Origin: Ktedonobacterales bacterium
GTDB lineage: Bacteria; Chloroflexota; Ktedonobacteria; Ktedonobacterales; JADMIN01
NCBI GenBank assembly: GCA_030167145.1
Contig: CP126532.1
Span: forward strand, 120,001 to 152,000
Direction: 5' to 3'
Length of the DNA stretch: 32,000 nucleotides
Shown here in pieces: positions 26,839 to 32,000 of the stretch (the first letter of the stretch is position 1; every line of letters starts with the position of its first letter). The position numbers and the translations under genes are program-made. The notes under the pieces were generated by a model, which was not told the DNA's origin, did no database searches, and saw only the letters and a list, made by a program, of their open reading frames with translations.

Positions 26839-28449
26839 TCACATGCGGAATACGCCATAGCGCGGCGAACCCTCGCCGACCCAGTCGCGGTTGTAGCACA
26901 TCGAAAGGCCGACAGAAAGCGCCATCCGCGTATCGCGCGGATCAAGCATGCCATCATCCCACAGACGGGCGGTGGCATAGTACGGCGACGCTTCTTCCTC
27001 GACCTTCTTTTGGGCCATCGTCCGCATCACTTCGATACGCTCGCGGTCCGGCTCATCGCCACGTGCGCGTGCGGCATCCTCCTGCAAAATCGCCAGCACA
27101 CCTGCTGCCTGTTCCGCGCCCATCACCGCAATGCGACTATTCGGCCAAGTGAAGAGCAATGTCGGATCGAAGGTGCGCCCGCACATGGCATAGTTGCCCG
27201 CGCCGAAACTGCCACCAACGATAACCGTAAACTGCGGCACCGTCGAATTGGCGACAGCATGTATCATCAGCGCGCCATGTTTGATGATGCCGCCTTCTTC
27301 GTAACGCTTCCCGACCATAAAGCCTGTGATGTTCTGAAGATAGATCAGTGGCGTGCGCGACTGGTTGCACAGTTGGATGAACTGTGCTCCCTTCTGCGCC
27401 GACTCCGAAAAGAGTACACCATTATTGCCGAGAATGCCTACCGGGAAGCCGTTGATGTGCGCCCAGCCAGTGACAAGCGTCGAACCGTACTCACGCTTGA
27501 ATTCGTCAAAGCGCGAGCCATCCACGAGCCGCGCGATCACCTCGCGCATCTCAAAGGGATGGCGTGGGTCACTCGGAATGATCCCTAGCAACTCTTCTGG
27601 ATCGTAGAGCGGCTCTTCTGGACTCGCCAGCGCAACACGCACCTCTTTGCGGCAGTTCAGCCGCGCCACGATATCACGCCCAATGCGAATCGCGTCAGCA
27701 TCATCCTCCGCCAGGAAGTCACCCAAACCAGAGATGCGTGCATGGAGTTCAGCTCCGCCAAGTGCCTCATCATCCACCTCTTCGCCGATAGCCATCTTCA
27801 CCAGCGGTGGACCACCCAGAAACACCTTCGCCTGCCGCTTGACCATCACCGTATAGTCCGAGAGGCCTGGCACATATGCGCCGCCCGCCGTTGAGTTACC
27901 GAATACCAGCGCGATCTGCGGGATGCCTGCCGCCGACATGCGCGATTGGTTCGCGAACGTTCGTCCCCCTAAATCAGCGAAGAACTCCGCCTGATACAGC
28001 AGATTCGCCCCCGCCGACTCCACGAGATAGATGCTCGGCAGTCGGTTGCGCGCTGCGATCTCCTGTGCCCGCAACGCCTTCTTCACCGAGATAGGATAGC
28101 TTGCGCCTCCTTTTGCCGTGGCGTCATTGGCGTTCACCATCACCTCGACCCCGTTCACCACCCCAATGCCATTGATGCTCGATCCCCCTGGCGACTCATC
28201 GTTATACGTTCCCCAACCAGCAAGCGTACTCAATTCCAGAAACGGCGTATCAGGGTCCAGCAGCAACTCGACTCGTTCTCGCGGCAGCAATTTGCCGCGC
28301 TCTCGAAACTTGCGCTGCCCCTTTTCGCCACCGCCCTGGCGCACCTTCTCTTGCCGCGCATGGAACTCATCGAGCAACGTGCAAGACGCCTCGACATTCT
28401 CAAGGAACTCGGCGCTCTTCGGATCAATCTCGCTCTGAATGACTGACAC
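26839..28449 (-). CDS. Acyl-CoA carboxylase carboxyltransferase (beta) subunit. Either methylcrotonyl-CoA or geranyl-CoA carboxylase type.
   Basis: Carboxyltransferase fold along the full length (GGGEKGQRKFRERGKLLPRERV, NSTAGGAYVPGLSD, FSESAQKGAQFI, VGGSFGAGNYAMCGR). GTG 28449 has GGGAG 7 nt upstream and gives the family-typical N-terminus (VSVIQSEIDPKSAEF). The track start at 28521 overlaps the small ORF upstream. Confidence 0.88.
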   Translation of the reverse strand: MSVIQSEIDPKSAEFLENVEASCTLLDEFHARQEKVRQGGGEKGQRKFRERGKLLPRERVELLLDPDTPFLELSTLAGWGTYNDESPGGSSINGIGVVNGVEVMVNANDATAKGGASYPISVKKALRAQEIAARNRLPSIYLVESAGANLLYQAEFFADLGGRTFANQSRMSAAGIPQIALVFGNSTAGGAYVPGLSDYTVMVKRQAKVFLGGPPLVKMAIGEEVDDEALGGAELHARISGLGDFLAEDDADAIRIGRDIVARLNCRKEVRVALASPEEPLYDPEELLGIIPSDPRHPFEMREVIARLVDGSRFDEFKREYGSTLVTGWAHINGFPVGILGNNGVLFSESAQKGAQFIQLCNQSRTPLIYLQNITGFMVGKRYEEGGIIKHGALMIHAVANSTVPQFTVIVGGSFGAGNYAMCGRTFDPTLLFTWPNSRIAVMGAEQAAGVLAILQEDAARARGDEPDRERIEVMRTMAQKKVEEEASPYYATARLWDDGMLDPRDTRMALSVGLSMCYNRDWVGEGSPRYGVFRM

Positions 28450-28465
28450 AGGAATCTCCCGCCAT

Positions 28466-28651
28466 TCAATAGCAGCAGCTATCTTTGAAGCCACAAACCG
28501 CGCAAATAGTCGCCTTCCCACCCTTCAGATCTGGCATCGGATGACCACAGATCGGGCACGGCATCTCGCGCTCGCCCGGCTCATTCTGTGCCAACTCTGG
28601 CGCCTCTGGGCTCTTCAGTCTGCCCTGCACCGAACTATGCAGCTCCTCCAT
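28466..28651 (-). CDS. Small zinc-ribbon-like protein (61 aa; CPICG ... CAVCG, C-terminal SCCY)
   Basis: GAGGAG lies 6 nt upstream of ATG 28651. Two CxxC pairs sit 17 residues apart. It fills the gap between the fused synthase-like gene (stop 28700) and the carboxyltransferase start (28449) without overlapping either. No family recognised. Confidence 0.4.
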   Translation of the reverse strand: MEELHSSVQGRLKSPEAPELAQNEPGEREMPCPICGHPMPDLKGGKATICAVCGFKDSCCY

Positions 28652-28699
28652 AGTAGTCTCCTCTTCCCCATGCAGCACCTGGAATACTTGTCCACTGCA

Positions 28700-30340
28700 T
28701 CACAGGCAGCGGATATAGCTCAAGATCAATTGATCGGTATACTGCTCCACCGGCGCACGATCATCACTAAAGACTATTCCGTTCGGCTCAGGATAGACCG
28801 CGCGAACCAGCGGCAATATTTGCGTTGCCACCTGCGCCATCAGCGTATTTGGCTGAACTGCGTACAGATTTTCCTGCAACGTTTCGATACGTGTGGGCTG
28901 CATCGTCGCGATGATCTCCGTGTTCAGCGAGTTTGGAATATCAATCGCATACACGCTTGGAAACACACGGCTCAACGTATTCACGAATGCCTGTACCAGA
29001 CGATAATCGCGGCAGGTATGCCCCGTTGTAATTGTCATGACGCCGGTAGGAGAAAGACGTCCCCGCACCGCTTCGAAAAACTCTTTCGTAGTGAACTGGA
29101 ATGGCATGTACGGTTGCTGAAAGGCGTCTACCGCGATCACATCATAGGTCTCGCGTGTCGCGCGCAGGAATGCTCGCCCGTCGCTTGCCCACACACGCAG
29201 GTTCGGCTCTGTCATCCCGAAGTACCGCTGGCCAACCGCGATAATCGCAGGATCAATCTCCACGCCATCAATCAGAATCGGCCCATAGACCGCTGTATAT
29301 TGCCGCGCAATGGTGCCACCAGCGAGACCAATTATCGCCAACCGCTGCACCTGTTGAGGAGCAAACCCTTGATTGAAATACGGCGCTGCGAGCAGGTAAT
29401 CGGCATACCAGTTCGGGCCGAGCAGTACATGGTCGGGGTGATATTTCGAGTGGACAGCATGCGCGCCTTCGTTCAGGATGAGGTCATACGTGCCGTCCTG
29501 CTCACGGACCACCTGAATGTAGTTGTACAAAGACTCTTGCTCGAAAACCATGCCCGGCACATTCTTCAGTGGCCCCTGCAATAGTGTCGGAATGAGCAGC
29601 AGAATCCCGATGACCCCACCTAGCCGCCGGGTGCGTGGCAACAGCCCCCACAGCGACGCGATCAGCAAAGTAACACATGCTACATAGAACGTCATCCGCA
29701 CACCCAGCCACGGAATCAGCACCAACACTGGCAGAAATGCGCCAAGGATACTTCCCGCCGTCGAGAGCGCATAGAGTGTACCCGCACTTCGGCCTGCCTC
29801 GCCGACACGCACCATCGTCAGCCGCACGGCGAAAGGTGAAACCATGCCGAGCAGAATTGTCGGCACGGAGAAGAGCAAGATCACGGCAATCATCGAACTG
29901 AGGAACACACTCGCATTCGCATTGTCCAGCCCGCCAACCGACCAATCCAGCACTGGGCGGCTGACAAACGGAATGATCCCCGTCGCGATGGCTGCAATCG
30001 CTGTTATGCCACACAACACCCTAGCCTGCGGATAGCGGTCGGCTACACGACCGCCGATAAAGTAGCCGAGCGATAGATAAATCAATGTGAAGCCAATTTG
30101 ATTCGCCCAGATAAAAAGTGATGTCCCGAAATAGGGCGCCATCAGGCGTGGGCCGCACATCTCGATCCCCAGCGAGACCATTCCCGCAACGAACACCAGC
30201 ACCAGCAGCGGAACGCGTGGCACATCTCTAGCGACAGCAACCTCGTCAGGAGATCCCCGCGTGGCTTCAGCCGAATCTCCGTCCAGCGAAGTGGGTTGGG
30301 GCGGGCGTATTCGCATAGAAGCCGACTCTTTCACCTGCAA
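28700..30340 (-). CDS. Fused polytopic membrane domain plus spermidine-synthase-like methyltransferase-fold protein
   Basis: The N-terminal about 230 aa contain about 7 hydrophobic helices. The C-terminal half carries the aminopropyltransferase/SAM-fold motifs LAIIGLAGGTIARQY, DGVEIDP, YDVIAVDAF. The start is either TTG 30340 or ATG 30316. Confidence 0.7.
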   Translation of the reverse strand: MQVKESASMRIRPPQPTSLDGDSAEATRGSPDEVAVARDVPRVPLLVLVFVAGMVSLGIEMCGPRLMAPYFGTSLFIWANQIGFTLIYLSLGYFIGGRVADRYPQARVLCGITAIAAIATGIIPFVSRPVLDWSVGGLDNANASVFLSSMIAVILLFSVPTILLGMVSPFAVRLTMVRVGEAGRSAGTLYALSTAGSILGAFLPVLVLIPWLGVRMTFYVACVTLLIASLWGLLPRTRRLGGVIGILLLIPTLLQGPLKNVPGMVFEQESLYNYIQVVREQDGTYDLILNEGAHAVHSKYHPDHVLLGPNWYADYLLAAPYFNQGFAPQQVQRLAIIGLAGGTIARQYTAVYGPILIDGVEIDPAIIAVGQRYFGMTEPNLRVWASDGRAFLRATRETYDVIAVDAFQQPYMPFQFTTKEFFEAVRGRLSPTGVMTITTGHTCRDYRLVQAFVNTLSRVFPSVYAIDIPNSLNTEIIATMQPTRIETLQENLYAVQPNTLMAQVATQILPLVRAVYPEPNGIVFSDDRAPVEQYTDQLILSYIRCL

Positions 30341-30432
30341 GAGAAGACCGCGCTATCAATTGGAAGCCGACAACGGTGGTGAGCTTGAGACAATCAGATT
30401 GTATCTTTACGTGAAGCATACTCCCTAGCTCA

Positions 30433-31284
30433 TTACTCCGGCTGTTCATCCGGAGTTTCGCTGAAAGATGGCCACGGCGCATGCTCTGGAATCACATAGC
30501 CTTGCAAGCGATATAATGAGCCAGCACCGTCTACTTTCAGCGTCGCGCCTGAGATGAATGACGCTGCTGGCGAAAGCAAGTAGGTAACCGCTGAGGCTAC
30601 TTCGCTCTCACTCCCCATGCGTCCAGCAGGCACATCTTTGGCAATCTCCGCGAACCGCTCCTGCACTTCCGGTGGGTAGGTTTGCAGGCCGCTCGAATTG
30701 ATGATCCCCGGCGCCACGGCATTCACGCGTACACCGTATTGCGCCCACTCAAGCGCCAGCGTTTGGGTGAGATTTACCACACCAGCGCGGGCCGCTCCAC
30801 TATGCGCCATCCCCGGAAACCCACGCCACATCTCCGCCACAATATTCACAATTGCGCCTCCATGCTCGCGCATACTGGCGTTCAGCGCCGCCCGCGACAT
30901 GGAGAAAGCGCCACTGAGATTCGTCTCGACAACAGCATGCCAACCCTTGGGCGTGATCGCAGCAGCAGGGCTGAGAAATTGCCCACCCGCATTATTTACC
31001 AGTCCGCCTATCCGCCCGTGACGTTCCTTCACGGTTGCGAAGAGCGCCTCCACAGATTCCGGCTCACGAATGTTGCACATCAGCGCTTCCGCGCGCCCGC
31101 CCGCCGCCAGAATCCCATCGCGCGCCCGCTCCAGACGTTCGAGATTGCGCGCGCACAGCACCACCGTTGCCCCGAGAAATGCCAATTCACGGGCAATAGC
31201 CAGGCCAATACCCGTACCACCGCCACTTACTATCAGCGTGTTGCCATCGAAGAGGCCGTCACGAAAGACCGACCGCATAGTCAT
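30433..31284 (-). CDS. Short-chain dehydrogenase/reductase (2,4-dienoyl-CoA/trans-2-enoyl-CoA reductase-like subgroup)
   Basis: Motifs: VSGGGTGIGLAIA, NNAGG, and AHSGAARAGVVNL, which is typical of the DECR/PECR-like SDR branch. GGAGGAGG lies 6 nt upstream of ATG 31284. Confidence 0.8.
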   Translation of the reverse strand: MTMRSVFRDGLFDGNTLIVSGGGTGIGLAIARELAFLGATVVLCARNLERLERARDGILAAGGRAEALMCNIREPESVEALFATVKERHGRIGGLVNNAGGQFLSPAAAITPKGWHAVVETNLSGAFSMSRAALNASMREHGGAIVNIVAEMWRGFPGMAHSGAARAGVVNLTQTLALEWAQYGVRVNAVAPGIINSSGLQTYPPEVQERFAEIAKDVPAGRMGSESEVASAVTYLLSPAASFISGATLKVDGAGSLYRLQGYVIPEHAPWPSFSETPDEQPE

Positions 31285-31472
31285 TTCTCGCCTCCTCCAG
31301 TTGCGCATCAATCTGCCCAGGCTCTCAGCAGCCCTCTCACGCAGCCGCTCCCACTACAGCATTGATGAGACCTGCATGCAGCATATCACTCGCCTAATGA
31401 ACCGCGCTACGTACTTGCCACTCATCAAGCACCCGGGGCATCTTTCACGCTACATACGCCATAACTGCAAGA

Positions 31473-32000
31473 TCACCCTACCAGGCGGCGTATCTCCACT
31501 GCAAGCACGTTGCCCAACTTCTCATGCTCGCTGGCATCCCAGTGAATCCCATCAGTGTCGCTCGAAGTGATCCACTGCCCCGCATCGAAGAACGCACAAT
31601 ATTCCAAATCCGCAATCCGCTGGTAGTGCTCGGCAAAGCGGCGCGACTTTTCTTCACCACCGGCAAATGTCTCATCCCACGGTTCGGGAACCGCCTTGAT
31701 AGGCGGTGGCGCTACAAGCACTACGTCCGGTGACATACCATCGGGGCCAGTCGCGCTCTGCTGGGCAATGGCAACCAGCGCACCAGCCCCGAGCGCAATA
31801 TCCAGCGCCGAGGCGGCGTAGCGCGCTTGAATATCGTTTGTGCCGAGTAAGATAATGACCACATCCACCGGAGCATGCGATTGCAGGCAGGGCGCGAAGT
31901 AATCTTTGCCGCACTTGTATTCTTCCAGCGGATCGCGAAATACAGTTGTACGCCCCGGCAGCCCTTCTTCAATTACCACATAGCCCTCGCCTAGTTTCTC
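31473..32000 (-). CDS. SGNH/GDSL-family hydrolase (partial; N-terminus beyond the window edge)
   Basis: Motifs: EEGLPGRTT (block II), LLGTNDIQ (block III), DGIHWD (block V, DxxH). The frame stays open to position 32000 (…EKLGEGYVVIEEG), so the GTG at 31979 in the track is probably internal. Confidence 0.75.
   Translation of the reverse strand, partial: EKLGEGYVVIEEGLPGRTTVFRDPLEEYKCGKDYFAPCLQSHAPVDVVIILLGTNDIQARYAASALDIALGAGALVAIAQQSATGPDGMSPDVVLVAPPPIKAVPEPWDETFAGGEEKSRRFAEHYQRIADLEYCAFFDAGQWITSSDTDGIHWDASEHEKLGNVLAVEIRRLVG

Noticed and set aside
28439-29584. Long antisense ORFs opposite real genes: 28439-29584 plus (381 aa), 26755-27588 plus (277 aa), 4148-4741 minus, 7388-7963 plus, 25977-26636 plus, 30682-31365 plus, 10796-11245 minus
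   Set aside because: Their products are R/H/C/Q/P-rich and low-complexity with no motifs. Each lies opposite a gene with strong family signatures. These are the typical shadow ORFs of GC-rich DNA.
1-32000. Search for CRISPR arrays, transposases or integrases, terminal inverted repeats, toxin-antitoxin pairs and known defence-system genes
   Set aside because: I saw no spaced direct-repeat arrays, no DDE, tyrosine- or serine-recombinase-like ORFs, and no nuclease, helicase or methylase clusters. The window reads as core chromosome, with one decayed locus at 8.1-9.2 kb.

Overview
This 32-kb window is a chromosomal segment from a GC-rich bacterium; the taxon cannot be fixed from sequence alone. 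I can support about 29 protein-coding genes and one 5'-truncated ABC-ATPase remnant. I found no rRNA, tRNA, CRISPR array, transposase or integrase.

The left two thirds (1-18.6 kb) are mixed housekeeping and accessory genes on both strands:
- purine nucleoside phosphorylase
- an orphan ParA-like ATPase with a lipoprotein
- an EamA transporter
- selA
- an FAD amine oxidase
- a MalK-type remnant next to malQ
- a secreted lysozyme-like protein
- nadE, prs and an M20 peptidase
- a YcaQ-like glycosylase

The right third (18.7-31.3 kb) lies entirely on the minus strand and is tightly packed, including an ATGA start/stop overlap. It encodes a biotin-dependent acyl-CoA carboxylase catabolic cluster. 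Its family content matches the Pseudomonas atu (acyclic terpene) gene set better than a plain leucine (liu) set. Three genes in it are not part of that scheme: a small MazG-type pyrophosphohydrolase, a 61-aa zinc-ribbon ORF and a fused membrane/spermidine-synthase-like protein.

Many ORF-track starts are over-extended, and the track also translates GTG/TTG starts as M. I re-set starts where a Shine-Dalgarno sequence and family N-termini support it.

Non-coding items worth a second look:
- a 540-bp AT-rich, palindrome-dense spacer upstream of selA
- phased tandem repeats upstream of the amine oxidase
- a 540-bp ORF-free gap beside the ABC remnant
- a roughly 290-nt leader, containing two short GC-rich hairpins, upstream of the lysozyme-like gene
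- a recurring extended -10 promoter motif, TGCTAYAAT

Nothing here can be called a new system from sequence alone. The atu-like cluster with its three inserts and the ParA-like/lipoprotein module are the best candidates.
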